The translations under genes were made by a program, and so were the position numbers. A stretch of 61,946 nucleotides of DNA, counting the filler, from Bipalium vagum (Eukaryota): the NCBI GenBank assembly GCA_037834085.1. It is 3 parts of 3 records of this genome, joined end to end, with 100 filler letters (N's around TTAATTAATTAA, not from the genome) between each part and the next. Parts side by side here need not be neighbours in the genome. Positions count along the whole stretch, not along the records: positions 1 to 24,073 come from JBBMKC010203490.1; positions 24,174 to 44,879 come from JBBMKC010248076.1; positions 44,980 to 61,946 come from JBBMKC010084096.1. One strand, 5' to 3'. The notes under the pieces were generated by a model, which saw nothing but the letters and a program-made list of their open reading frames with translations, searched no databases and had not been told where the DNA came from. This document shows positions 11,378 to 45,061 of the stretch, one piece after another. Within the stretch, counting starts at the first letter, position 1. Each line of letters opens with the position of its first letter.

Positions 11378-13539
11378 TTCTTTAAAATTACGTAAAGTAT
11401 CCTAAATAAACTTATTTGGTTAAACAATTTGATTTTTATTTCAAATTTTATTAAAACTATTACATTTCTAGAAACACTTTAAGAAGATAAAATTTTAAAA
11501 AGCAGATTAAATATTTAATATTACTAAAATTTTATTTAATATTTTTATTTTTGTACTTTACACAAAATTTTCCATTAAGCTATAAATTGGAGAGAATTGA
11601 AATGTTTTTCAGTATTTCAATTTTTTATTTTATAGTCCATAATAATTTTTATCTTGACTAAGTATATTTATTAAAAAGACCGTAAACAACATAATATACA
11701 TTAGTTAATGAAATTATAAAATAAAAGTTTAATTTCTAAATTTGGAAAATCAAAAATGTTAATTTTATTGATTTAAAATTTTAATAATAGAAATTATCTA
11801 GAAAAGTAATAAATGTTTTTATGATAATAATGGACCTAGTTCAGTCAACTTTGATATATTCAATATTTTATTTTAAATCTTTTAATTCAAGAATCACATA
11901 TAAGTTCTAAGTGATTAATTCATTTCATCCATATTCTTAAAGGTTCAAACACGGAGACTGAACTTAATGTTAAATAGCCTTTTTCATTATTAAATTAAGA
12001 TTATTGCGGATTTTTTAAAAATATAATTTAACTAAAGTTTTCCGGGTTAAATTTTTATGTCTTGGTTATAAAACATGAATTCGTTAGGTATTAGATCACA
12101 CTGAGTTTATAATATATATGAATGAATATTAATTAAAAACTTGAAAAGCACTTATCGTTGAAAATTCTAAATAAAACACATAATTATGTTTTCGGATAAG
12201 TGAGATGAAACCAGGAAACTTCCACATACCGAAAAGTATTCGAGTTCTAGTTACATCACTTCAATTGCATAAGTTGTAAAAGGACATCCGAGAAGTCGTA
12301 CAGCTTAGTTAAAGTCAAAGATCATGGCAATTATATTAGATGAATTAATACAGACTCATATCTTTGGCTTTGAATTTTCATATAAATTCAAAATCAATCG
12401 CATGAGATGTTACAAGATTTTCTATTATTCATATTTCATATCAAACTGAAATGTCAAGTTATAATAATAATTTTATTATTATAATTTTATTTCTAATTAT
12501 TCAATAGATCATTTCTTTTATTTTAAATCATAACAGAAATAAAAGAATTTGATTAATTTAGATCTAGACACGCTTACAAGGTTGTTAAAATTGTTTTAAG
12601 GTTAACTTAAATTTTGTATAAAATCTCTTTGATAATATGATCTGGTGTTAAGGATGAGATTAAATAAAGTGGTGAAAAGAGTATTCATAAACTTCACTTT
12701 TAAGCTGAAACATGTTTTTATTACCTCAATCTTTCAGATTTTAACCAACATCTAAAGAAAAGCGACAAAAATAAAGAAGAATTAAAAATTTTATTTATTT
12801 CAAACAATTTTTATAAAAATTTGTGAAACTATAAATTTCATAATTTTAATTTTAAAAAAGAAATTAGATTTTCGACATCAGTATCGTATCTAATACCTTA
12901 TATGCCGTTCCCTATTATTAACTATTGATTGGAATTGTCTTTGCAATTTCACTAATTTGTAGTTTCAAATTATGTTTTCGATAATTATTTTACCAAAATG
13001 TCAATTAGAGTCTTTTCTGGATGAAAATCCTTTTTAGTGAACTCTTTATCCAAATGCAAGTGAAATTTTTCAATAGAATTAATATTTGGTGATTGTGGAG
13101 TAACCAATATTCTTGTTATTTGTATAGCAAAAATCCATTAATTATTTGTGTTGAGTTATTATAGTGATAATAATGATGGTTTTGACAATAATAATAATTA
13201 TTATAATTATAATTATAATAACAATACTTTTCAAGAACTTCTTTTTTTGTGATTCTCTTTTTCTCTCATCTCATTAATATTAGTGTTTATTTTATTATTA
13301 TTTATTTTCTGTTGTTGGACTTATTAGAGATTCCTCGTGGTGATTGATATTGTCATAGTGTTTTTGGTCAATAAAGTTTTATTGAGGACGTTTTGATTCA
13401 GTTCTTATGGTGCGGATACAATATTTTTTTGGTTGCTTTAATTCAGATAAGGTTGAGAGGGACGAACACAACATTTTATAGAAGTGAGGAGTTACGAGTA
13501 CACGAGCACACGTTACTACGTCTAAACATAATAGTAACA

Positions 13540-13850
13540 TTCGTGAAGAATGCTTCTGATCATTGTCCTGTTGAAACATGCAACAATTTTTCAATACCTT
13601 ATTTCTCCACATTTTGTTATATTGCCTGGGAGTATTTTAACATAATTCAGAACAGTCATAATCCCTTCTATTATTACAAATTTTCATACTACACCTGCTG
13701 GTCCAAGACTTACATTAAATTTTGCGGTAGCTCTATTTGTCATCTCTATGTACTAATTCATTACAATGATTTTCCTCCGCTTTCTGGTGTTATAACCATT
13801 TTTTGCATTAATTTTCAAATATATATTTCACATTAATTTGCACAGTAGTA
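13540..13850 (-). mobile_element. Tc1-like transposon remnant
   Basis: MFQQDNDQKHSS (Tc1 second catalytic Asp motif FQQDNDPKH) and a TIR-like end TA-CTACTGTGCAAATTAATGTG. Confidence 0.6.
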
Positions 13851-14302
13851 TACTTGATTCGAAGGTCGCACAGGATATTGATCCTACTTTAAGGTTAACT
13901 TAAAAAAATTAATTGTAAATAAATATTTTTTCTCTCAATATCTTCAATGATTTTGCAAAAGTAATATTTTAAAATAGACAAAGTATTAGAAATATTTGTT
14001 TTTTCTGAAACAGAAGCTGATTCAGAATTTAAATAAAATTTTTAATACCTTTTTTAAGATCCACATAGATTTTCAAACTTTCTGAATTCTGGTCTTAGCT
14101 TGATTTGACAATTTTGTAGTCACCAGGAACTTTGGATTACTTAAATTTTGGTTTAATGACATGTTAAATATCAATTTTAAGTTCAAATTTTAAAAATATT
14201 ACAAAAATTTGTTCTTTATTATCTGTCAAAGTATCTACATTTCATAATTTTTATGAAATGCAATTCTTGTTTTATTGTTTTAAATAATATAATTATAATT
14301 AG

Positions 14303-17540
<3,238 letters not shown>

Positions 17541-18184
17541 TTTTTAAACCATATTTTTACATTTTGGTGAATGTGATGACTTTTATAATAGTTTTATTTC
17601 TAAAATAAATTTTTTCGATTGTTTTTAAATTGCGTGCTATTATACTATTTCTTGATTTTTTAAATTAGTAATGTTGGTAACATCAAAATATTTATTATAA
17701 AAAAATTTTATTTCTGACTCATAAAATAAGATTATTCAAGTATGATAATTTCAAATCTTTATTTTTTAAAATTTATTGATTTAAATCAATTATTTAATTA
17801 TTAATTTAAATTCTTAAAATTATTATTAAATAAACATAAAAAATTTTTCAATTGTTATACTTAATTTGCCTTAAGATTAATTAATTTTTAATAATGATTA
17901 AGACTTAATGGTACGATAATAAATATTTCTATAGATTAACCAATAAAGTAATAGGTAATACACAACTTAACAGGTAAAGCTTTTAAAATACTAAATATCA
18001 AAATGAGTGATTGATAATCGATTGTTTTTGAGAAAAAGGTATTCATATACTGCATAATGTGACAAAATTTGTATTTTCTTAATCTTATTTTGCTGATAAA
18101 TTAAGAAACATTAACATCTAAAACTGTTCAACAAATATTTTTTTAATTTAGAGTGATAAATATTTAGTAATGTTTCTCGACCTA

Positions 18185-18550
18185 TTAAGTCAGTTTTGCA
18201 TTTGATTAATTTAAATTCTATTTTCAATTGAATATCTCTTGTAAACAAGACTTCTACTTTGCTAAAATATTTCCATTGAATTAAAAAGAGGGCAACACGG
18301 TATCAGATTCAAAACATTCAATTTCCTATAATGATGAATACATGCATTATCCATAACCAGTTATCCCCCTACACTGAGTTTTAAGGAAAATTTCTTCATA
18401 ATCATAATATTATGATTCAACAAATCATTTATGCTCATAACAGCTACTTTGCAAAATATTTTGCAAAGTAGAAAATTTTTGTGGGTATACAATTGAGATT
18501 TCATTGAAAGAGCGAATTCGACAGACTTGATCAAATGAGAATTGACTTAA
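18185..18550. repeat. old MITE-like inverted-repeat element containing a perfect 28-bp palindrome
   Basis: Degenerate ~85-95-bp inverted arms (18187-18271 vs 18454-18548). Perfect palindrome CTACTTTGCAAAATATTTTGCAAAGTAG at 18444-18471. Confidence 0.45.
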
Positions 18551-19426
18551 TCAAGTGCACCACTAACTTCATAGATCGAAAAACAGTATTACTTATAAAG
18601 AATAATTAAGAATATGTCTAATAAATTACTGATGGAAAGTTATTTTGAATATTAATATTAATTTGATTGTGTGAGGTTAGTAAAAAGATTTTATATTTGA
18701 AGATTTTTACACAAGGCTGTTTACATTAAAAAAAGTTAACTGTCAGGTTCAAAATATCTTGTGAAATTTATTTATAAAAAATAACATATTTACACAATGA
18801 AATATAAGTACAACCAATCTTTAGTTTAAAAATGTTAACTGTAACATCTGAAAATCCAAAATATATATCGTGTACTCCATTGCGCCCCACTTAAATCCCA
18901 CTTTCCTAATGACTCAACAGGCTGAAACCTGCAATATTTTTAAAAAGTAACGATTGATTTTTAGATGCAGAAGTGTGAGGACTACCAAAATCAAACATTG
19001 TTATCTAATTAAGGACAATTCGTGATTTATCATAACAATGAACTTTTATACTCTCATCTTTTAGGTCTGTCTTTGTGATCCTTTATTTTATTTTTAAAAA
19101 AATATAATAATTTTTTTTCTGTGTAATGTTTTACCTTTGGTGATTATTTTAGTTTTTGTGTAAATTGTCATTGATGGATATATAAAAATTTGTAAATAAA
19201 ATAATTATTATTACAATTATATAATAAATAAAAAATAAATAATTAATAAAATTATTAAAATTACAATTAAAGAAAGTAAAACATAATATAAATAAAAAAT
19301 ATTTCTTAAAGAAAAATTAAAATAACATAAAAATAGAGTAAATAATACAGTCAGATCTGTCTATAAGAAACACTAGAATTTACAAAATTGAACTTGTTCG
19401 CTATTATAAGTAATAAAAAACAATTA

Positions 19427-19623
19427 CAGTCGGCGCTCAGTTATTTGAACTTTCAGTTATTTGAATAATTCTTTGAAAAATGAAGACATGTCTATTCAAA
19501 CAAAGCTGGAAGATCATGGATTTGTTTTAAAATAAATTTTATTTGTAATTGAGTTATTTCGATAATTGAGTTATTTGAACTTTTTTGAAATCCCCACGAG
19601 TTCAAATAACTGAGCGCCGACTG
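19427..19623. mobile_element. 197-bp pogo/Tigger-type MITE
   Basis: Perfect 25-bp TIRs CAGTCGGCGCTCAGTTATTTGAACT, TA target duplication and internal AGTTATTTGAA repeats. Confidence 0.9.
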
Positions 19624-19939
19624 TACATACAAATTTTAATTTTACCCCATGAAAATACAAGACAGTTTTATTTCTAATTACGTTATCAAGCATCGTAAGA
19701 CAGTGATTTTCTCTCGGTTCAAAATTTATCTTTGACTTTGTATATTATGTTCTATTTATCTAAATTTTCTAATTTCTTAATTGACAAATATGCATCCTTG
19801 AACTAATATCCTCATTTTCAGATAGAAAATTCTGTATTGACTCCTTGAAAAAGTCAATATCCTCTGAAATTTCTAGATTAATTTTTTAAATCATCGTCAT
19901 ATTTCAAAGGATCATATTATTTTTTCGAACATGATGAGG

Positions 19940-20396
19940 AGCGTCTAGAAAGAATTCTTGGTGGTGCCTACTGGAAAATGACTGAACATTTTCTACGTCC
20001 GGTAGTTGAAGACAACTAAGAAATTTAGTTTGAACAATATGGTGATTACAAAAATGCTGAATTTTCATAGCCCCACGATCACCAGATTTGACTTCTCAGG
20101 ATTTTTTTTATGGAGCTACCTGAAAGAGAAGGTTTATATAAACAATCTTCAAAAAATTAAACAGCTAAAAGAAAATATCCGAAGTGAGTTACGTCTCTTG
20201 GACCCGAAAATATTGGATACAGGGATGGAAAATGCCATAAGAAGGGGAATTTTTGTGAGCAAGTAAATGATTGTCATTTAAAAGACATTATATTTTGGAC
20301 TTAGAAAAACTTAAATCATAAGCCTGTATCTTTCAAATAACTAATAATAATAGTTATTATAGATTAAAGTCCTTCAGTCTTCCAGCGCCCACCCTG
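19940..20396 (+). mobile_element. mariner-related (DD41D/rosa-like) transposase 3' remnant
   Basis: Frameshifted PRSPDLTSQDFFLWSYLKEKVY motif (WPPRSPDLTPLDFFLWGYLK type) and a right TIR-like end ...CCCACCCTG|TA. Confidence 0.75.
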
Positions 20397-20583
20397 TATG
20401 TCTTTGAGTATATATTTTGTTTAATCTTTAAATTAAATAATTACCTCTAGATTTTGTTCCACACAACATGTTTCATTTTAATTTCTGAACTTTTATTCAT
20501 TAAAAAATTTAGAATTAATATAATTTTTAAAAATTTAATAAAATTGAATCATTAAAACAAATATTTTTTATTAAAATGTAACC

Positions 20584-22242
20584 TCCTCACTCACTCATAT
20601 GGGTGCCTCTCGGCACACATACTCGTTCCTTCGTCAAAAACGTGTTTACCAAAGTAGTACACTGTGTCGTATAAAAAAATTATTTTTCTTAAAAAAATAA
20701 CTAAAAAATAGTCAAAAAAATCAAAAAATTTAAAACTGAAAAAATCAAATTTTCTTTTAAAAATATCTACTCGAAACACTGAAAAATTCAAATATTAATC
20801 TCGATGAATGGCAAGCTATAAAAAATGTTTTACCTTTTGAAGAATGTTCTTTTCCTGACTATTTATTTCTTGATGATTACAATCTAAAATTTTTAAGTTT
20901 TGAAGGTAATAAAATAACTTATTTAAATTCTCATTATTATAAAAAACATTTAGGAACAGTTTATCAATTTAAAATTTCTACGAAAGATATTACAGAAACA
21001 ACTATTACTAATAGTTTAAATCTTATTTTAAAAACCATTACAAATAATAATAATAATTATAATGTTAGACTGACACCTTTACATCCTTTAATTTATCCTT
21101 TATAGTTGTTTTCCTTTATGTAAAAAAGATGTAGTAAATCAATTATTTACAAGATTCGAAAAAATTTTACAATCAGAACAAACATTAAATATTGAAGATG
21201 TAATTTTTGAATTTTTAATTTTACCAATACCAGTTGGAAAAGGAAGAAACTATGTTAATTATAGTGGAAATAATTCTAAAAATGTAATAATTCAAAATTT
21301 TGCACAGAATTTTATTTACATAATTCAAAATAACGACACAATTTGTTTAGCAAGATCAATAATAATTTCTGTAACTTAGGATAACTTTACAAACAAAAAC
21401 TTTTTAAAATTTGAAGAACGTGATAATAGAATTAGTTATATTAGAAGAGGTGATCCAATTTAAGAAGAATGGGAAATAAAATTACATCATATGTCACTAG
21501 TAGAAATTAAAGAATTATAGTTTATTCTCCTAATAATAATCAAGCTGATTCTTTTTTATATAGAGGAAATGAACAATTTGATAAATAAACCTTTATTTAT
21601 TATGATCAAGAAAATCATCATTTTATTTCAATTACAAAAATAACAGCCTTTTTACAATCATTAAAATATTGTAATACGTGCTTAATAGGATTTAAAAATC
21701 AGCATACATGTAAAATAGATAATCGTAAATCTTATAGATATAAAAAAGTTTGTGATATTTGTAATGAAGAATATTTCAATTCATATCAACACAAGTGTGG
21801 TTATAAGAATTGTCCAATTTGTAATGAAAAATACAAACCTCCATTTAATGAGCACAAATTTTATTTAAAAAATAATGATAGAAAATTTAAACAAAGTAAT
21901 AAATATATATTTTTTGATTTTGAAGTAACACAAGAAACAGCTGTTTATCATGAAATGAATTATGCAATTGCTTATGATTTAGAAAGAAAAATATATTTTA
22001 AAATACAAACAAACATAATATCATATTTTAAACTTATTACTGAAAATTTGAAAATTACCAATTGAAAATATTTTAGATAACATAGAATTTTTTAGAAGAA
22101 ATAATAATTGAAAACTCAATGTCTTTAGTTGAAATATACTTTTATAGCACATTATGCAAAATGATATGATAATCATCCAGTATTAGGTTGGTTAATTCAC
22201 GCATATGAGTGAGTGAGGAAAAAATGGGCGTACCAAAGTAGT
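20584..22242 (+). mobile_element. Polinton/Maverick-like protein-primed DNA polymerase B relic bounded by inverted repeats
   Basis: Pseudogenised fragments LPIPVGKGR, NDTICLARSIII, HHFISIT, a Cys-rich segment (YCNTC..CDIC..HKCGYKNCPIC), ExoI KYIFFDFEVTQE (21901-21936) and ExoII-like FIAHYAK*YD (within 22135-22194). A 22-bp inverted repeat lies at 20584-20605 / 22198-22219. Confidence 0.7.
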
Positions 22243-22720
22243 TCTAAGCTTCATTTTAAATACTGTTAATTTCTGTATTAAGTCATGAGCAAATAATTTT
22301 TTCCCTTGTAAATATGTGAGCCCAGATATGTAAGAATATCCAAAGAAAAATGCTAAATCACATATCCATCTTGGATCCAATAATTCTGGAAAAAAATCAT
22401 TTTCTTTAAGCAGTAAAAATATCTTTATTTCTTCCTGAAGGTCCTACTCGCGCCTTAAAACTTTACCCATACATAACTAAATGACAGATATGAAGTTCTT
22501 CAAGGAGATCTATATAATGCTTGTGATTAAGTTGAATGTTTCGTTTCAAAATGTCTTCTCATGTTGTATTCTTTTAAAACTGCCACAGTCGAGTTACTAA
22601 TGAGACAAACTGCTTCACTATTGTACATGGTAAAAAATATTTCAACTTCTAATTCTTCATTAAATATTTGACATTCTAAATCTACTCGTTTTTTGAGATC
22701 CATAATTGAAAATTTAATTA
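22243..22720 (-). mobile_element. hAT (SPIN/GTF2IRD2/Charlie-like) transposase relic, internally deleted
   Basis: N-terminal KKRVDLECQIFNEE...AVCLIS...VAVLKEYNMRRHFETKH and downstream GKVLRR...EEIKIFL...FPELLDPRWICDLAFF motifs. Confidence 0.8.
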
Positions 22721-22771
22721 TATAAAGTAAATATTTGAATATTAAACTGTATATAAACAAATATATAAGTA

Positions 22772-23915
22772 CAATGCCGTCCATATGTTTTGAGCCACCT
22801 CTAAAATTTCGATAAAATGATGAAAATATATAATTATAAGTACTTTAATCCTGTCTAATATTAAAAAAGTAAAATTTTTTTTGTAAATGTAGAAAAACCG
22901 ATTTGTTCAGAAACATCAATTTTTAAGTCATTTTAAATACGACTAAAACGTCAATAGATTATCTTTTACTTACATTTCAAATGATCAAACACATAATAAT
23001 AAAAAAACAACCTCATGAACAATCGCGATACTCGAATTCAGTACCACCACTTGTACTCATGCCTTTATTTTTAATGACCTCTAGTATTCTTCTTGGCATG
23101 CTTTCATATAGATTTTTAATTTTAGATGTTGGAATCATTGCCCAATGATCCTCCAAATTCTTTCACAGTGCCTCAATATTTGTCGGCCTACAGCTATAAA
23201 CTCTGGCTTTTAGGTCAGCCCACAACGGCTCAATTATATTCAAATTTGGCGATTGAGCCGGCCAATCACTGAGTACGCAGATTTTTTTCATGTCCAAAAA
23301 ATAAGAAACTAATTTTGATTTGTGGCATGGAGCTCCGTTTTGTTGAAATATATTCTCTGCATCATATATTTGGAGCAATCCTCACTTTAATACATCCTTG
23401 TAGGCATCAGAATTCATCCGATCCGGACACCTTACCAGAACTCTGGCGACATCTTCTTTAATTACACCCAAAACCATGATACTATTACCTCAGAATTTCA
23501 CCTTTTTCGTGGTATATTTTGGACTATACCTTGATCCTTGCGGTCTGCGGACGTATTGACTTCTTTTAGAAAACAGTTCTATGCGACTTTTATCAGAAAA
23601 AATCACCTCATTCCAAAAAGAAGGAAGCAGTTTGCTATAATCTCTGCACCACTTTAAACGATTTTATATGTCGCTCGTTATAAATATGGTTTCCTCGCTG
23701 CAATTCATCCGGATAAGCCATACTTTCTCAGAATGCGTTTCACAGTACTAAGTGAGTTAGTTTTGCTTGTTTTCTAATTGATAAAAAGATCACGTGCTGT
23801 TTTCTGGGGATTTTTCTTTGACATCCGAATAAGTGATCTTTCTGATCTTTGTTTATTTTTCGGTCTACGACCACTTTTACTTAAGTTTCTCAATTTTCCA
23901 TGTTGTTGCAGCTTC
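22772..23915 (-). mobile_element. Tc1 (DD34E) transposon, 5'-truncated and pseudogenised, with 3' TIR
   Basis: Transposase motifs SGRRPK, FWNEVIFSDKS, IFQQNGAPCH, WPAQSPNLNIIEPLW, LYESMPRRILEVIK. TIR begins TA|CAATGCCGTCCATATGTTTTG at 22772. Confidence 0.9.
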
Positions 23916-24073
23916 CGTAATAGTAATAATAATAAGAAAGAAAAGTTAAAAAGATTCTAGTAAAAAGGAAAAAATTGAACTAAAAATGATGTAATCACGT
24001 TAATAACAAAAGCAAATACAGAAAATGACGTCAAAGTTAAAATTAAAATAACGTTAATAATAAAAATAAAAAT

Positions 24074-24173
24074 NNNNNNNNNNNNNNNNNNNNNNNNNNN
24101 NNNNNNNNNNNNNNNNNTTAATTAATTAANNNNNNNNNNNNNNNNNNNNNNNNNNNNNNNNNNNNNNNNNNNN
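24074..24173. other. assembly gap with artificial TTAATTAATTAA linker (same at 44880-44979; plain N gap at 5613-5747)
   Basis: 100-nt block N44-TTAATTAATTAA-N44, identical in two places. The linker has stop codons in all six frames. Confidence 0.9.
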
Positions 24174-24519
24174 GTTTGCAAATATATTGTTTGGTGTTGA
24201 TATTATTTAAGTTTTAAAATGCGACAATTTCATCGTGGACAAGCTTTATTGTTAATCCTGTTTTATTGACACCTGGCTGTTGAATAGAATTAATCTCTAG
24301 TCCCAAATTGATTTTCGATGACAAATATTGTTAAAAACTGTTATTTGTCCTTTCAACTTGAAATCTACGTGCTGATATGATTTTTCTTCTTTTATATGGA
24401 TAATTACGTGACATTGTTTTTCGTTAGCAAATGTTACCAATTATAACTTTTCGACATTTTTATCTTAAAGTAGCGAAAGCTACTATTAATAACTTTTCAT
24501 GTTATAATGATATGCAAAG

Positions 24520-24881
24520 AATACGATCTTTGATTGATGAGAATTGTGTGATGATGTTAAAGGTACATGAAACAGGTGCATTTTTATAATAGATAATATG
24601 CATTTCCACATGCGCAAAATGGTTTGGAGAAGACTTTGAGCAATAATGTTATACTGTATTATAATGTATTCCTTCCACCTTACTTGCCTTTCCTTAACCA
24701 TATGGAAAATATATTCTCGAAATGGAAAAGTTTGATAAAGGTAAGACAGCAAAAGAATTACAGTGAGTTGTTTGATTTAATTAAAACCAACTGTAAGAAA
24801 ATAATACCAGGTAATTATTCTGGATTCAAAAAGAATAAATTTTCATTCCCAGCGAAATTTCTCAAAAACATCAATCATTGA
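24520..24881 (+). mobile_element. IS630-Tc1-type transposase C-terminal remnant
   Basis: IFIIDNMHFH and FLPPYLPFLNHMENIFSKWK resemble the DDE motifs IMDN..FH / FLPPYSPFLNPIE. Confidence 0.65.
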
Positions 24882-26180
24882 TGGTTGACTTTGTGTATTA
24901 AATACATATTGAAAAGTTTTTCCAAAATTCTATATCAACCAGGTAAGGGTCAGTTTAAAAATGTGGTGATAACATTTAAAATTTGAAATAAAAAATTTTA
25001 AAATGACGTGACAAACTTTGCAGTTATTAATAATATTTATTTTATTTCAAAATTTTATTGAGAATATCTTTAATAATTTTAAATCTTAACAATTTTTAAT
25101 TTCAATAATTTAAGTTGAGAAAATTAAAATTATAATAAAAAATAAAATTGTGAAAAATATTATTTCACAGATCACTGAGATTTCTAATATCATTCAAATG
25201 GCGACCTGTCAGTAATGAATAGATTTTGTCAGAATTTTAGTGGAAAATAACGTAAAATAACTTAAACACACTTGAAAATTAGGCTTTACGAACAAAATTT
25301 TAAAATATAAAATAAAGACAGACAAGTTTAGTCTAAATGGTAAAAATGCAGACCGTCTAACTTGAAACTCAAGTAAATCGATAAATCCCTGTTAAATTAC
25401 TTAATTTTATGAAATTTGTTTTATTTTAAAATCAGATCATCCCAAATCTGTAATAATCGATATTATTATTGCTTCATTTAATAATTCATTTAGAGTATCA
25501 TAAATGATTATAGTGTGATGACCTTACATAAATAGCAAATACGTCCAATTAATATTTAATAAATAAACTTAAACTTTTATGTAAATCACAATATTAGTTA
25601 TTACATGAATTATGAATTTGGTGGAGAACAATGAAAATAATTAATTTATAATTGGAACTATTCTCTTAACAAACAAATACTTTGACCAATATTTTAATAC
25701 AATCTTATTGGACGATTAATTAAAGAATATTGAATGAATTATTATATTGTTCTGAGTATAAAAGTTAAAATTGTCTAATAATAACATAAAATCAGTTCCG
25801 TTTCAAAGGAAAATATATTAAAAATGGCTGAAATTCATATAACTTTTTTATCTCGGATAATATCGCAAAATATATAAATAATTAATTACTCTTTGCCAAA
25901 CTAAGATACCATTTAATTCCACGTGAAAAGATCAATTAAATTTTACTTTTAACAACAAAAAATGTTTCAAAACTGCTCCCAACTCCAACAACGTCACCAA
26001 TCAAAGATAAGGAAGACAAATTACAAAAGTGTATTACAAAGTATGACAATAATAAAACAATAAAACTCGCTACATAATATTTTTAATTTGAACATAATAT
26101 TAGGCCTCCGTGACACATAATGTTGAACACATTGAAGAAAAATGTGGGGTTTTTGTAAGAAAAGCGTCATAATTCTATTT

Positions 26181-43027
<16,847 letters not shown>

Positions 43028-44979
43028 CTTTAGATTAATACAAAAAGAACTTTGAAGAATAAGTTATATATAATAAGTATACCTAATTTGGTAAAACAAA
43101 ATTATTTATCTTCAACAATGAAATTAATATATTTGTGATTTAATATGTATATTAAATTTTATTATTTCTATATAATTATAATTTTATTTTAAATTATTTA
43201 CTAAATATATATTTAAATATTTATAAATTTATCATCTTTATAATTTTATGTTATGTTGAATTAATAAATCTTATTGATCAATTTTTATAAATTTTTTTTT
43301 TTTATAAAATAAACTTAAATTTTTGAAAATATCATGAATTACAAATTTAAAATGAAACTAAATTTTAAATGGAATTTTGAAATAATTTAATGAATTCATA
43401 TTACATAAATCTTTTATTTTTTTTATCAGTTTCTACATTTTTCTGATCTTTAAAATGTTTAGTTATTTAAATAATTTTCAATTTGTCTCACAAAAGTAAT
43501 AATAATAAAGGTTTAATTAGCCATAAATAGTCAATAAAATATAAATAAAGTACAGAAATATTTCTACCTTCAAATTACTTAAAATAAAAATAAATTGTTC
43601 TTTTATTTATTTTATTTCTTATTATTAATTAATTATTATTATTAATCTTAGTGTTTTAATTAATTAATTGATTTTTATTGAATTGCCATTTTGATTAAAA
43701 TCTTATTTTAATTAACTGATTTTTCTGATAAATATTTTGTTGTGACATTTGAGACAATTTGAACATTGTTATTTATTTGTGATTGGTTGATATCGTTGTT
43801 ATTCGGTGTGTTATAAATACAAGTTATCGCTTTACCGACTGCTGTTATTTTGCATCACCTTCGAGTCTGAGTCGGGTTAAATTTGATAATCTAAATATTG
43901 AATGACAATAAAGAATAATATATTAAAAAATTAATCGCAAATTGATTGTTAATCAATTTAGTTTATTAAAGCATGACGGAAATGGCATGCAAAGCTTGAA
44001 GATTTGTATCTAGAGATATGTAATTACCTCCATCAAAAGCGCCAGAGTTAATCATGAACATGACACCATTAAGGTTGATTTCATTGACTTTGACATTGAA
44101 TCTTACTGACTGTAAAAACTCATTAAATACATTAAAATTTTGTTACCTTTAAAACTCTGAGATTTAAGCTTATTGATTCATTACTGCATTAAACCCTTAC
44201 TTATAGAAAAAAAGAAGGACAATGCAAGTATAAATTTTTCCATTAATCATCTAAAATATTTAATAACAAAATGTTTAATAATACAATAAATAATTAATAG
44301 ACAGACAGATAGAGCATGAAATAATCTTTAAAATGATATATTGTTATACCTGATTTATTGTTCGCATCTAGTATTTATATGGGTATATATAGAAACAAGT
44401 AAAAATACGACACTTAATATGGAAAAACTTAATATTAATGTTATTGATGTGTATTGATTGATTGAAGAAAATATAATAATAATCTAAAAACTTTTTAATA
44501 ATATGAAACAAGTGAAATTTTAAAATTTTATGAAAAGAAGTTAATATCAATTTTTAAAAAAGCAATTTTTTAAATTTTAATTAGTTTTTTATTTATTAAA
44601 TACAGAAGAAAAATGGTTTTGTAAAAAATCTATTTCTGAAAACATAAAATTTAAAAAGAAAACAATAATATAATTATTGTAAACTTGATAGATTCAAAAA
44701 CAAATATATATACTTATGTTAAGTTTTGATGGTTGGTTGGGAATTAGTTTGTTCGAACCCCATATATCTTTTCAAAACTTAACGTGGCTCGTTTATTACA
44801 AAATTGCTCAGAAGAATTTAGAGTGTGTTACGTTCGGTTGATATACAAGGTTGCGTTGATATATACATATATATATATANNNNNNNNNNNNNNNNNNNNN
44901 NNNNNNNNNNNNNNNNNNNNNNNTTAATTAATTAANNNNNNNNNNNNNNNNNNNNNNNNNNNNNNNNNNNNNNNNNNNN

Positions 44980-45061
44980 CAGGATTAAAGTATTTATAAT
45001 TATATATTTTCATCATTTTATCGAAATTTTAGAGGTGGCCCAAAACATATGGACGGCATTG
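44980..45061. mobile_element. Tc1 terminal inverted repeat, same family as the 22772 element, abutting an assembly gap
   Basis: Its reverse complement matches 22772-22853 with 2 mismatches in ~82 bp. It ends ...GGACGGCATTG|TA. Confidence 0.85.

Noticed and set aside
24118-24129. TTAATTAATTAA palindrome inside N runs (also 44924-44935)
   Set aside because: Identical and centred in 100-nt gaps, so an artificial scaffolding linker rather than biology.
43820-43890. Possible snRNA, SL RNA or tRNA (hairpin, TTCGAGTC)
   Set aside because: No cloverleaf, and no match to the U-snRNA or flatworm spliced-leader sequences I recall.
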